A stretch of DNA of 63,520 bases, counting the filler, from Methanobacteriota archaeon (GTDB lineage Archaea > JACRDV01): NCBI GenBank assembly GCA_024860865.1. It is 6 parts of 6 records of this genome, joined end to end, with 100 filler letters (N's around TTAATTAATTAA, not from the genome) between each part and the next. Parts side by side here need not be neighbours in the genome. Positions count along the whole stretch, not along the records: positions 13,632 to 28,519 come from JACRDV010000077.1; positions 28,620 to 53,047 come from JACRDV010000082.1; 4 more parts are not named here. One strand, given 5' to 3'. Positions 20,100-30,680 of the stretch are shown one piece after another (position 1 is the first letter of the stretch; each line of letters opens with the position of its first letter). The translations under genes were made by a program, and so were the position numbers. The notes under the pieces are model-generated. The model had not been told where the DNA came from, did no database searches, and saw nothing but the letters and a program-made list of their open reading frames with translations.

Positions 20100-20660
20100 C
20101 TTTAGTTATAATTACGCCTTTTTTAGAGTTTACCCTTCTAAAAATTTCCTTAAATTTTTTATGCCTCTTTCACCTATCTTACTTTTGACCTCTATTGGAA
20201 CGATTTCATCGTTCTTTTTTACGATTATATCTACTTCTTTGTTTTTCCTGTAATAGGAATTTCGCTTCTATTTCATTAATGACAAAAGTTTCTAGTACTT
20301 TCCCAAAAAATTCTTCTTCTTGAAATTTTCAGAATAAGAAAAAATAAGAGAAGTTGAAGTTGGATAAATTTTTTTCATCTTCTCGAGGCTGCTAACGTAC
20401 TTTTCTTAAAGCTGAAAAGCATTCTAAGCAACAAAGCATACCTTAAGTAATAAAAGTAATTAATTATAGTTTTTTTATCTCTTCTTAGACTTTGCTTAAA
20501 GCATCAAAGTTCAATATATGGAAAGATTACTATCTGGAAAAATATAATTAATCATATTTTTATTCTATATTAGAGACGCATTTTAAAAACTTTGATTTAT
20601 ACAGTATCTCTAAGAATTATTCCTTCAATGCTTCAGGAGAAAATCGTCCGCATGGTCGAT
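20100..20660 (-). pseudogene. Decayed AAA+ ATPase with DUF4143 C-terminus (approximate bounds)
   Basis: Fragments in different frames: KMKKIYP, FGKVLETFV, RKNKEVDIIVKKNDEIVPIEVKS, KKGVIITK. Confidence 0.6.
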
Positions 20661-21146
20661 AATCTTTCGTCTTTTACATTCAGTGAGATTTTAACATTTA
20701 ATCAAATGTACATCAGATCCCTAAAATGAGTTAAAATGGAATTATAGATTGAATCATAGAATTCGAAATGGTTTGAGCTTTAAAAATTTTTTAGGAAAAT
20801 AAATTTTTCAAACTAAAAATTTTTTAAAAATTTAAATGAAAATAATTTTCATTTGTGTGTGCTTAAAGAGCTGAGTCTACAATTGAAGCTATTTTGATGT
20901 TTGTTCTTCCAACATTCAAAATTAATATAATTAAAAAATAAGATTATGGATTATAAATTTTTATTTTCTTTTTAATTTGTTTTAAAATTTTAAATAAAAA
21001 ACATAAAATAATAAATTTATAAACCAAATTTTAAAAATTTTAACCATTTAATTTTGTATACAATCGATTACAATAATTTTAAACATTAAAAATTTGAATT
21101 TTTATATTGATATTTTAATGATATTACAACGATTCGTCCAAGAGAG

Positions 21147-21506
21147 TTGAAAAAAAATATGGCTTTTAAATTTTCTAAAATTTTCATAGTTTTCTTTATG
21201 GCACTTTTATTCTTTATTTCGAGCTCAGTTGCCTTTGAAATCTCCTCTTATGCTATGGATTGGTATTCTTTTTTTCTCAGCGATTTACATTATAACTCAA
21301 CCCATATTTATAATGACACTCGCGTTTATAATTTTATTTTGGTTCACGATTCTTTCAAATCATCTGATGGAACTTGGCTTGAGACTTGGTATCGGATACC
21401 GGAGTTGGCGACTTTTGTTTTTGTGACCGATTATGGAAGAATGCTCTCGGTCGAGGTCGTTCAAGGATTTTGTTTGGATAGGTTTGGAGTGTATAAAAAT
21501 ACCTAA
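21147..21506 (+). CDS. Putative secreted protein, possibly a fragment
   Basis: Signal-peptide-like FKFSKIFIVFFMALLFFISSSVA followed by an aromatic-rich domain. Confidence 0.4.
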   Translation: MKKNMAFKFSKIFIVFFMALLFFISSSVAFEISSYAMDWYSFFLSDLHYNSTHIYNDTRVYNFILVHDSFKSSDGTWLETWYRIPELATFVFVTDYGRMLSVEVVQGFCLDRFGVYKNT

Positions 21507-21841
21507 AACTTGTGATATTCTCTGGTTGTCCACTATACTCACAAAGAAAAGCGCCATCAATTAATGATCTAGCAATTAAGTCTAACTGAATTATGTTAGT
21601 GAATGCCAGCCTCACAAGCCTATTGGTATTGCGAGTATCACTGAAAGCACAAGCGGCTTTCTGTAGATTTATGTTTAGTTTAACTTTTGATTTGAGAGCT
21701 CAATGGCTGAGAAATCAGAACCTTTTGTTTCGCCGATGGTTTGCAGGGTTGTGATGAACAACATCAGATATGCAGGGAAGTATAACAATCATAAGACTTA
21801 TTAAAATGAATGCTATTTCTTAAAAATATGACGAGCTTCCA

Positions 21842-22045
21842 GTGGTTTCAGGAAAAGAAGTTATTAAAGCACTGCAAAAGATAGGTTACTATGTTTATGA
21901 CCAAAAGGGCAGTCATGTGCACCTACGACATTTTAACGAGAGACCATTAACAGTTCCTTATCACGAAGAGATAGACCGAGGCACTCTCAGAAGAATAATT
22001 AAAGATGCCGGTTTAACTGTAGAAGAATTTGTAGACTTGCTTTAA
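21842..22045 (+). CDS. hicA: HicA-family mRNA interferase toxin; the 5' end may be frameshifted
   Basis: (LPV)VSGKEVIKALQKIGY, QKGSHVHL, LTVPYHEEIDRGTLRRIIKDAGL; the nearby ATG at 21828 is 1 nt out of frame. Confidence 0.88.
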   Translation: MVSGKEVIKALQKIGYYVYDQKGSHVHLRHFNERPLTVPYHEEIDRGTLRRIIKDAGLTVEEFVDLL

Positions 22046-22245
22046 ACTTCAACTTCAACGATTTTTTGTGCCGGACCTTTTGGAATCTCTTTTTCAAGGG
22101 CACTTAAGTGTAGCTCGATAGCCTCTTTTATGTTTTTCAGAGCTTCCTCCAAGGTTTTACCCTGAGAGATACAGCCAGGCAATGAGGGTACCCAAGCAAC
22201 ATAATATCCGTCTTCACCTGGCTCTATTACCACTTTGAATTTCAT
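22042..22245 (-). CDS. hicB: HicB-family antitoxin (short form)
   Basis: EDGYYVAWVPSLPGCISQGKTLEEALKNIKEAIELHL. Confidence 0.9.
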   Translation of the reverse strand: MKFKVVIEPGEDGYYVAWVPSLPGCISQGKTLEEALKNIKEAIELHLSALEKEIPKGPAQKIVEVEV

Positions 22246-22807
22246 GATTTAACCTAGTAATTATTTAATAATATTAAAAAGTGTATTTATTACTATTTCT
22301 GCCTCTGCCAAAGCTAAAAATTATTACGCTTTCTATAAAATTATGCTAAATACGAGATTTTTTAAAATGAAAAACAGTGAAATGATAAAAATACCGAAGA
22401 AAACCAATCTAAGCTAAGTTGGACCACATCCACATATCAAAATTATAGAGGCCATTGTTACATCCACTTAACAGAACTTGCAGAGTGTTCAGATGTTTCA
22501 CCAACTTCAGAGATAATCAAAGAAAATGAGACTGGATTTTTTGTGGAGCCTATTAAGTTGCTTCAAGATGAAGATTTTTATCATAGCGTCATAGAAAATA
22601 GAATTTAGATCTATCCCAAAATTTATTTGCCAAAGTTCTTTTTCAATATAGTCGATCAAAAAATTCACTTCAAATTCGGGTAGTTTAAAATCTTATCTGC
22701 GAATACAAAGCCCTTTCTTTTAGTCTTCATGAGCTCAACATAAACAGAATTTGTGATGAAAAACTCTGAACGTGGAAACGCTTTAAAAAAATATTCTTTG
22801 CAATTAC

Positions 22808-23545
22808 TTATGTTACAATATTATTTATAACAATTCTGACTACATTAACTTCATATGGAACTTCTTCGGTAGAATGCTTTGTATTAATAATTAGTTTTCG
22901 AATTCTAAGAGTTCTTTGGAACTTATTTGATAGTTCTTTAATTTTGAAGTCAACTAAGCCATCAACCAAATGATCAAACAATGTCTCTATTCTAGAAGAG
23001 AATACTCCTCGAGTACGTATAAGTATTAATGTACTACTCTTTAGAGCATGTATTCTTTCAATCAAGCTACGTAACAACTTTACAGCACTAATTGAGCTCT
23101 CAGAAATTAGCATTAAAGTTGTATAGGAATCAAAAACCCATCTAATATTTTTAAATCCTTTGTTAGTTAATTCATCAGCAAAAGTGCTAAACCATGCTGA
23201 TACCTTTGCAAGGTCATATGGTTTCTCAATAAAGAATTTTTCATCAGAAGGTTTCATATGCTCGGGGCGAAAACTTGGAGTATACGCATCAACCACTATA
23301 AAATTTTCATATTTCGCTATCTCGGGTAAAATTTTTTTCATTTGGTTTCTAATGTGCTCTGGAGCATGATCGTAAGATATATAAACCGCAGCTTCGCCTT
23401 TTTTTAAACCCTCACATAAATATTGCATTGCCAGCAGAGAAGAATAAGTTCCTGGATCACAATTAAATGCAGTGACCAAACCCCTTGGAATTCCCCCTCC
23501 ACAGAGGGCATCAAACTCAGCATTACCCGTTTTAGCAAATTCCAA
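22808..23545 (-). CDS. KaiC/RAD55-like protein with degenerate Walker A
   Basis: KTGNAEFDALCGGGIPRG, CDPGTYSS in place of GxPGxGKS, RWVFDS, RTLRIRKL. Confidence 0.75.
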   Translation of the reverse strand: MEFAKTGNAEFDALCGGGIPRGLVTAFNCDPGTYSSLLAMQYLCEGLKKGEAAVYISYDHAPEHIRNQMKKILPEIAKYENFIVVDAYTPSFRPEHMKPSDEKFFIEKPYDLAKVSAWFSTFADELTNKGFKNIRWVFDSYTTLMLISESSISAVKLLRSLIERIHALKSSTLILIRTRGVFSSRIETLFDHLVDGLVDFKIKELSNKFQRTLRIRKLIINTKHSTEEVPYEVNVVRIVINNIVT

Positions 23546-23921
23546 AATTCACACCATCCAAATACTTCAATGAATTTGTTTTATGAACGACCTATAAAAT
23601 AACCAAGTGATGATAACTAATTCCAAATTTCCAAACAATACCGCCACAAAATTAATTTTATACGGATAAATTGGGAACTCATCCTTTACACTCAAGTAAA
23701 CTTACTTACCGCTATACTTGTTGCATTATCACTCCATTTTTTAGTAGAAAAAAGAGTTATAAAAAGAAATCCTAAAAAATTAATCTTAAAAATAATAATC
23801 AACTCAAATTTTAACTCAGATTTTGATTCAAATAAAAAAGCAATACTAAAAGCGAAAGTATAAAATTTGGAAAGATTTTTTAAGTAAATGTACAAGTAGC
23901 TCCATCTTTAGAGGATAAAAT

Positions 23922-25445
23922 TTGCATAAAAAGTCCCTTGCTTTTCTAGTTACTTTGTTAATTGTATCTAGTACTGTTACTATCTCCCCAACTAGCGCTG
24001 CCGAAAAAGTTGCTGTAATTGCAACAAGCGATAATTTTCCAGATGCGCTTGCTGCTGGACCTTTTGTCGCAAAAAATAATTATTCTCTTTTTCTAACGCC
24101 AAGCGATAAATTGGCAGATGAAATTAAAACAGCTCTGAAGAATCAAAGCATAACAAAAGTTATAATAATTGGCGGAGAAGTTGCAATTTCTCTTTCTGTT
24201 GAAAATGAGATAAGGGCTCTCGGAATTAAAACTGAAAGAATTGCCGGGTCAGATAGAGATGAAACGGCCGCTATGATTGCTCAAAGATATGGAAAAACCG
24301 AGTATGCAATTATTGTTACTGATGAAAACTTTCCCGATACTTTGGTATCTACTTCTCTAGCAATCGCTTTAAATTGCCCGATTATCTTTACTAAATCAAA
24401 AGTTTTATCAAAAGTTAGTGAAGATGCATTAAAAAATGTACGAAAAACCATAATAGTTGGTGGAACGGATGCAGTTTCTAAGGATGTTGAAACAAAAATT
24501 TCACAAATCACAATAATGGCAGAACGAATTGGAGGAAAAGATAGATACGAGACATCTATATTAGTTGGCCATAAATATATGGATATTACGAAAGGAAAAG
24601 GACCTGCTAATAAAAGCATAATTATAACAGATGGAGAAAATTTCGAGGATGGTTTAGCCGCTCCAATTTTAGCTTCTGTTGCTTCACCTATTATGATAAC
24701 TCCGCCTGGACTTCTCAGAAAAGAGCTTTCTGATTTTTCTAAGAAATATGAGATCAAAACTGTCTATGTTGTTTATGGACCAAAAATTCCTAGAGGGCTA
24801 ATTGTAGCAGTGCTACAACAAATTCGAACATTTTTGGGAGTCATACCAACCTTATTCACTTCTATAACTATCTCAAAACTTTCAGTTGAAATTAATGCGA
24901 AAGTAAATGAGATGAAAAAAGTGATTGAAATCGCCGTAGCAGTGCCAGGGATAGGGGCAGGAGCCGCCCCAACAGCTGGTCCAAGCTATCCCCAAACTGG
25001 AACCCTCACAGGAACTATAAATGCAACGATCAATTTTCTAACTCCGATGGTCGGAGCCTTATCCAACATAATTGGAAGCATCACTGGAACCTACAGTATC
25101 CCATCTGGCACATCTGGAACCTTTAACGGAACTGTAAATTTTACAAGTATAACCGGAAATGTTGCTGGGAACATCATAACCTCTGGTAATATCTATGGAA
25201 ACGTAGTTGGTAATGTAGTTGGATCTGTTTCAGGCACCAGCGTAGTAGTAAATACCATAACAGCCACTTTTACCGGGATTATTGAAGCAGTAATTGATGG
25301 AACAAGGTATGTCGGAAGAGTTGCTGGGAGTATCACAGGTACTGTAGTAAGTAACGTGATAAAAGTAACTTCGTTCAATTGGACTATAAGCAATTGGACT
25401 TATGAAAAGAACATCACAGGGAATATAGTTGGCAACATCCTTTAG
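23922..25445 (+). CDS. Secreted cell-surface protein with three cell-wall-binding-2 (CWB2)-like repeats and a G/T/N-rich beta tail
   Basis: Signal peptide; NFPDALAAGP, IIGGEVAIS, ERIAGSDRDETA, NFPDTL, IVGGTDAVS, ERIGGKDRYETS, GENFEDGLAA. Confidence 0.8.
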   Translation: MHKKSLAFLVTLLIVSSTVTISPTSAAEKVAVIATSDNFPDALAAGPFVAKNNYSLFLTPSDKLADEIKTALKNQSITKVIIIGGEVAISLSVENEIRALGIKTERIAGSDRDETAAMIAQRYGKTEYAIIVTDENFPDTLVSTSLAIALNCPIIFTKSKVLSKVSEDALKNVRKTIIVGGTDAVSKDVETKISQITIMAERIGGKDRYETSILVGHKYMDITKGKGPANKSIIITDGENFEDGLAAPILASVASPIMITPPGLLRKELSDFSKKYEIKTVYVVYGPKIPRGLIVAVLQQIRTFLGVIPTLFTSITISKLSVEINAKVNEMKKVIEIAVAVPGIGAGAAPTAGPSYPQTGTLTGTINATINFLTPMVGALSNIIGSITGTYSIPSGTSGTFNGTVNFTSITGNVAGNIITSGNIYGNVVGNVVGSVSGTSVVVNTITATFTGIIEAVIDGTRYVGRVAGSITGTVVSNVIKVTSFNWTISNWTYEKNITGNIVGNIL

Positions 25446-25603
25446 TTGAAATTTTTTCTTTTAATTTTTTAGTGAAGTTTTTTAGTACAGTGAGAAATCG
25501 ATAGGCCCATATTATTAATGCAGCCATCTGTATATAACTAAAAACTTGTCTTAAAAATTAAATTCAAAATTCTTTTCTATAAAAAATAAATAAGTTAAGT
25601 ATC

Positions 25604-26371
25604 TCAATTGCTTTTTACTAATTGTTTTATTTCGCAATATGGGCAGATATTCCAACTTGTATCTAACTCTTTGCCACAGACTCTACACGCGGGCTTTTCA
25701 ATTAAAGTAGCCCCACAATTTGGACAAAGTTTCCAAGTAAGATCGATCTTTCTTCCACAATTTGAACATTTAGGTTTTTCAGCCTCGAGTTGAAACTTTT
25801 GTGCATCATCAATAAAACCTACTTTGGGGATTTGAGCTGTCTCTAAAGTTGATTCTAACTTTGCTTCTTTATCGGGAGTTATCTCTTCTTCAAGCAAAGT
25901 TATTAAGAGTAATCCAATAATTGTTCCGGTTACTACAGCCAATCCTAAGCTAACCCAACCCAGATAGCTAAACTTCGAAAATATCAGCCAAAATCCAATC
26001 CAACTGCAGATAAAAATAAAAAAGTTTTCAACCAATGTGAATTGTCCAAATGTAAAGTAAACAGTCAAGCCGAGCAAAATGCTTGGCAATAGAAAAAGAG
26101 CAGTTGCGGCTAGCCAATAACTTTGGCTAGTAATTAGGTAATATCCCCAAATGGATAGTAATCCAGCTGTTAAAAAATAGACCAAATTAGTGTAGTAAGT
26201 TTGGCTCTTAATGAAAAATAGTAAAAGGCAAGCTAAAAATATCAAAATAAAGAAGCTAAGCGAAGTATAATAGGCAACTTGTGGCAACTCGATTGTTTTA
26301 AACGAGAATATAATAACTAAAAGTTCGATCGCAACTAATCCAAGCAAAATTTTTGAAGTACTAAACTGCAT
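25604..26371 (-). CDS. Multi-pass membrane protein with C-terminal double zinc ribbons
   Basis: About 6 hydrophobic helices, then CSNC..CPNC and CRVC..CPYC. Confidence 0.75.
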   Translation of the reverse strand: MQFSTSKILLGLVAIELLVIIFSFKTIELPQVAYYTSLSFFILIFLACLLLFFIKSQTYYTNLVYFLTAGLLSIWGYYLITSQSYWLAATALFLLPSILLGLTVYFTFGQFTLVENFFIFICSWIGFWLIFSKFSYLGWVSLGLAVVTGTIIGLLLITLLEEEITPDKEAKLESTLETAQIPKVGFIDDAQKFQLEAEKPKCSNCGRKIDLTWKLCPNCGATLIEKPACRVCGKELDTSWNICPYCEIKQLVKSN

Positions 26372-26625
26372 AAAATCCCTTATATCAGCAATAGAAAAAA
26401 CGACTTTTTATTTTTTAGTTTTTGTTTTTTAATTCTAAATCTGATTTTATCTCGGATTTGTTCATACTTGATTTATTTACTTTTCTAGCATAAGTTTTTC
26501 TAAAGAGTAACTCATCTGTTTGAGCAAATTTGCTAGTGAAAGATAAATTAATGATTAACTTAACTATATATGCAAACAAAAACATCTTCTAAGAAAATAT
26601 TATTACCTATGACCTAAATTAATCC

Positions 26626-28107
26626 ATGGGAAAAAAGACATTTTTTCTGTTATTTTTAGTTATAATAATTTCATTTATAGTAAGAATTTCCACTGTGAGA
26701 TTTCCATTTTTATTGGAGGCAGATCCTTGGTACCATTTTAGATTGGCCGAGTCGATAGTTGAAACGGGTTCAAGGCCAGAGTGGGATTATCTGAGCAATG
26801 CGCCTGAAGGGTCTCCAGCTAATTATCCCCCTCTTTTGCATTATTCTTTAGCCTATTGTTTTCTATTCCTTAGAAATTTGGGATTTGTTGTGAGTTTAAT
26901 CCAAGTTAGTCAAATATTTCCTGCTATAGTTGGGACGATGGCAGTTCTTGTCCTATACTTCTTGTCCTTGGAGTTATTCAATAGCAAAGCAATTGCTCTA
27001 GTCAGTTCTTTCTTTTTTGGGATAATGCCTGCCTTTATAACAAGGTCCCTCGCTGGATTTACAAGACCGGAAAACCTAGCTTTTTTGTTAATTTTAATTT
27101 CTATTCTCTATTTTCTGAAAAGTTATAAGGCAAGGCCAGTTTTTTATTCGATTATTTCAGGTTTGTTTCTCGGCCTTAGTGGCTTAACTTGGGTTGGTTG
27201 GATGTTTGGGATCATTCTCATAGCGCTGCTATTTTTCTTAAAATTTTTAATTGAGCATAATCTATCACTTAGGAATTTCATAACAGTCATATTAGTTAGC
27301 GCAACTGTGGTGGGCCCTTGGATTTTGTGGAGTATTAAGATAGGAACGAGCATTTTTGCTGCTTTCTTAAACCCATTTCAACAGCAATCAATACATCATA
27401 CTATAGTAATGGAGCTTCAGCATCCTACCTTGGAGATTTATTTCAAGATGTACGGATTTTTGCTCTTTATTTTTCCCTTTGGCTTGTGGTATATGTTAAG
27501 AAAAAGGAGCACCGAGAATGTTTTCATCGTTGCTTGGTTATTAATTGGGTTATATCTATCTTGGACAGGCATTCGATTTATGTTTATACCTGTACCTGCT
27601 ATCTCTTTAGCCATTGGAATATTTATAGAAAAAGCCTTAGCACACAAGCAAAAACTGTGGAAAGTTATAGCTCCTTTTGCAATCGGGCTTTTAGTTTTTA
27701 TTAGTTCTTATAATGCTTTTAGTTTTAGTTTGTCTGCAACCCCAATGGTCAATGATGAATATTATAAAGCTTTAATTTGGCTCAGAGATAACACTCCAAA
27801 AAATTCAATTACATTAGCTCCTTGGGACCAGGGTTATATCATCCAAGCCATTGCAAAGCGAAGAACAGTGCTTGATGGAGGAAGTCAGTTCAAAAATAGG
27901 ACAAAAGAAGCTTTGGAGTTTTTTGCTAAAACTAATAACGAGAAAATTAGCGATTTTATCCAGGGATATTCTATAGACTATATTTTAATTGACAAAAGAT
28001 CGACAACCTTGTTGCCAATTTTTCAAACTTGGAAAGAAAAAACAAAGTTCAAGAAAGTCTTTGAAAATGATTATGCAAGCATTTATTCAACCAGTAGTGC
28101 TAAGTAA
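26626..28107 (+). CDS. Short STT3/AglB-like oligosaccharyltransferase (GT-C)
   Basis: EADPWYHFR, YPPLLHY, TRSLAGF, IVMELQ, ALIWLRDNTP, PWDQGY variant of WWDYG. Confidence 0.75.
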   Translation: MGKKTFFLLFLVIIISFIVRISTVRFPFLLEADPWYHFRLAESIVETGSRPEWDYLSNAPEGSPANYPPLLHYSLAYCFLFLRNLGFVVSLIQVSQIFPAIVGTMAVLVLYFLSLELFNSKAIALVSSFFFGIMPAFITRSLAGFTRPENLAFLLILISILYFLKSYKARPVFYSIISGLFLGLSGLTWVGWMFGIILIALLFFLKFLIEHNLSLRNFITVILVSATVVGPWILWSIKIGTSIFAAFLNPFQQQSIHHTIVMELQHPTLEIYFKMYGFLLFIFPFGLWYMLRKRSTENVFIVAWLLIGLYLSWTGIRFMFIPVPAISLAIGIFIEKALAHKQKLWKVIAPFAIGLLVFISSYNAFSFSLSATPMVNDEYYKALIWLRDNTPKNSITLAPWDQGYIIQAIAKRRTVLDGGSQFKNRTKEALEFFAKTNNEKISDFIQGYSIDYILIDKRSTTLLPIFQTWKEKTKFKKVFENDYASIYSTSSAK

Positions 28108-28390
28108 ACTGCTCGAAGGCTAAAAGCTTGGTTCCAGCAACTCCCCCACTTTAGAAAGTATTTGAATTACGCCAAGAATTTAGCGAATCACTTAATCATT
28201 ATTACATCTTTTTCAGTTTTGAGATGCGGGTCCTAAGGAGAAAGACCTTATTATCCCCATGCAATTTTATGGGTGGACCACTATTCTGGTCTTATACTAA
28301 GCTGTGATTTAGCAAAACCTACAGAATGGATGTCCGGGTTTCCAAGGCAATTTTTGGATTTCGCTGATGGGAGGAGGCAAATATTAAATA

Positions 28391-28438
28391 TATTCAGTAG
28401 GTGAATTATTCAGTAGGTGAATTATTCAGTAGGTGAAT
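28391..28438. repeat. 16-bp tandem repeat x3 (TATTCAGTAGGTGAAT)
   Basis: Three exact adjacent copies. Confidence 0.95.
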
Positions 28439-28519
28439 AAATGAATTTGTCGACAGGGAAACCGAACTCAAAACCCTATTACTTCTAGTTGTTTCTCTCC
28501 GGGTTTTGCTTTGATTAGG

Positions 28520-28619
28520 NNNNNNNNNNNNNNNNNNNNNNNNNNNNNNNNNNNNNNNNNNNNTTAATTAATTAANNNNNNNNNNNNNNNNNNNNNNNNN
28601 NNNNNNNNNNNNNNNNNNN
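28520..28619. other. Artificial contig spacer
   Basis: N-run, TTAATTAATTAA, N-run. Confidence 0.99.
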
Positions 28620-28646
28620 CAGCGGCTAAATTCAAGGAAGATTTGA

Positions 28647-29288
28647 ATGAGTTTAAAAAGCTTTTTGGGCAAGCAGCAAGTGAAAAACGTAAAATTTTGG
28701 CTCATCAAGAATGAAATCAGAGCTATTGGAATTGATGATGCTCCTTTTGTTTCAAAGGCGCGTGGCCAAAAAGTAATTATTATTGGTGCAATTTTGCGCG
28801 GAGGGCAATGGGTCGAGGGTGTTTTAAGAGGCAATATAACTATTGATGGTAATGATGCGACTGCCGAGCTTGCTAATATGATCAATAAATCAAAACATAA
28901 AGATCAGTTGAGAGTAATCCTGCTCAATGGTATCACACTTGGTGGTTTTAACATAGTTAATATCAAGGAACTTTTTGAGAGCACGGGCATACCTGTAATA
29001 GTAATTACCAGAAAACACCCTGAATTCAATAAAATTAAAAAAGCGCTTGAGAACTTCGATGACAAAGAAGCCCGCTGGAAAGCCATTTGTGCTGCGGGGC
29101 GCATTTATAAGGTAAAGTCAAAAGCTGGTGAGAATCCAATTTATATGCAATTCATTGGGCTTGAAAAAAAGGATGCTGAAAAAATTGTTCAAATAACCTC
29201 TGGTAGAAGCATTGTTCCAGAACCAATTAGAGTCGCCCATTTAATTGCCTCGGGAGTTGTCAAGGGCGAGTCGGTTGGGAGAGCGTAA
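28647..29288 (+). CDS. DUF99 family (endonuclease V-like / endonuclease dU); start may be GTG 28680
   Basis: IRAIGIDDAPF, IDGNDAT, GITLGGFN, PEPIRVAHLIASG. Confidence 0.88.
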   Translation: MSLKSFLGKQQVKNVKFWLIKNEIRAIGIDDAPFVSKARGQKVIIIGAILRGGQWVEGVLRGNITIDGNDATAELANMINKSKHKDQLRVILLNGITLGGFNIVNIKELFESTGIPVIVITRKHPEFNKIKKALENFDDKEARWKAICAAGRIYKVKSKAGENPIYMQFIGLEKKDAEKIVQITSGRSIVPEPIRVAHLIASGVVKGESVGRA

Positions 29289-29415
29289 TATTTTCAAATC
29301 GAATTAACATAGCACTTTAACTTTATTAATTAGACGAGAAACGTAAATATATCCTTGCAACGGAAAGTATTTGAGCTCTTGGATAGTAAGAGAAAAAATC
29401 CCAGATAGGAGAAAT

Positions 29416-29895
29416 ATGAAATTGCAAAAAACTATAAAGAACTTTTTCGCAGAGCATAAATCCCTAAAAAAAGAAATTTTGAGCACGGTTTTTTATGCTA
29501 TTCTAGGGATCGTGCTTGGGTATTTAGTTTTAAAAGGGGCTTCCTTCGCTCTAAATACCTCTATGCCAGTTGTTGCTGTAGTTTCTGATAGTATGGTTCC
29601 AACTTTTTCTAAAGGCGATCTATTGTTTGTAAAAGGAGTTGATTCAAAAGCGCTAAAGGAAGGCGACATCATAGTTTTCAAGGTTCCACTTCAAACGCCA
29701 GTTGTACACAGACTAATTCGAATAAATGGCGATGGTACCTTTACTACTAAAGGTGATGCGAATCGCGATATATTACCATTTGAGAGGCGAATTCACAAAG
29801 AACAAATTATTGGGAAGGTCATTTCTTGGGGTGATCGGCCTATTGTTGTACCAAAGTTAGGTTGGGTCAAAATTATGTTTTCTGGTTATAGGTGA
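29416..29895 (+). CDS. Signal peptidase I (archaeal Sec11 type)
   Basis: VVSDSMVPT, GDIIVF, VVHRL, TKGDAN. Confidence 0.9.
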   Translation: MKLQKTIKNFFAEHKSLKKEILSTVFYAILGIVLGYLVLKGASFALNTSMPVVAVVSDSMVPTFSKGDLLFVKGVDSKALKEGDIIVFKVPLQTPVVHRLIRINGDGTFTTKGDANRDILPFERRIHKEQIIGKVISWGDRPIVVPKLGWVKIMFSGYR

Positions 29896-30420
29896 TAACA
29901 TTCGCTTTGCTTCTGGTTACTTCTTTTTTATTGAAACAAATTATAAGAGAGTCTTTTGATTAAAATTAGAAATTAGTTAAAAAAGGTTCAAACTTGATAA
30001 AGGACCGTAAAACTTTTCGAATAAAATTATAACTAATTTTTAAACTTGTTATCACTACATTTTCGTTCACAAGAATCTAAGTGTCTGGAGGTACTTTATA
30101 GGTTTTTATGGCATGTTTCATTTATAACTTGATTTTTGAATGAATTTATCACAAAATACTGCAACACTTCCAACTTATTCACAAAACATGTATTTTGGGA
30201 TTCTGACTCTACTGCGCCGGTTTAAAAATCCTCCCATTTGTAAAAGTTAAATTATAAAAATAATATATATAAATAAATAGATAATTAAACAAATAACGTT
30301 AAATTATTATTTGCCGAATGTAAAAGGAGGGTTGACTGGCGTCAGACTATCTTAAATATTCGAAAGTCGAATTAATTACCAAGATACTCATATTATTATC
30401 GAAGAAGAGGGGAGGTTAGT

Positions 30421-30618
30421 ATGGAGAGAATTAATTGGATTGCACCCATAGGTAAGCTACCTCAAGACAAATCTTTAAGAGAAAAAATCGAAGCGTTGCC
30501 TGATGCTTCTTCCATTAAGGATGTTATGGAAATTCTGCTTGCAACTGGACAAGAAATTAAGATAGAGAAGATTACTATTTTAAATGAGGAGGAATATTCT
30601 CAGCAGTTGGATGTCTAG
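30421..30618 (+). CDS. Small acidic hypothetical protein
   Basis: 65-aa ORF preceded by GGAGG Shine-Dalgarno. Confidence 0.6.
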   Translation: MERINWIAPIGKLPQDKSLREKIEALPDASSIKDVMEILLATGQEIKIEKITILNEEEYSQQLDV

Positions 30619-30680
30619 TTTTTATTTTCTTTTTTTCATGTGCGAAAATTTTAATTAAACCTAACAAAAAAAGTAAACAC

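Noticed and set aside
22500-22560. SEIIKENETGFFVEP, resembling a GT4 glycosyltransferase C-terminal fragment
   Set aside because: Too short and isolated to call as a feature.
28230-28370. Fragment GERPYYPHAILWVDHYSGLIL that looks protein-coding
   Set aside because: No start or full ORF; probably a gene relic that I cannot assign confidently.
28391-28438. Possible CRISPR array
   Set aside because: Repeats are directly adjacent with no spacers, only 16 bp long, and there are no cas genes.
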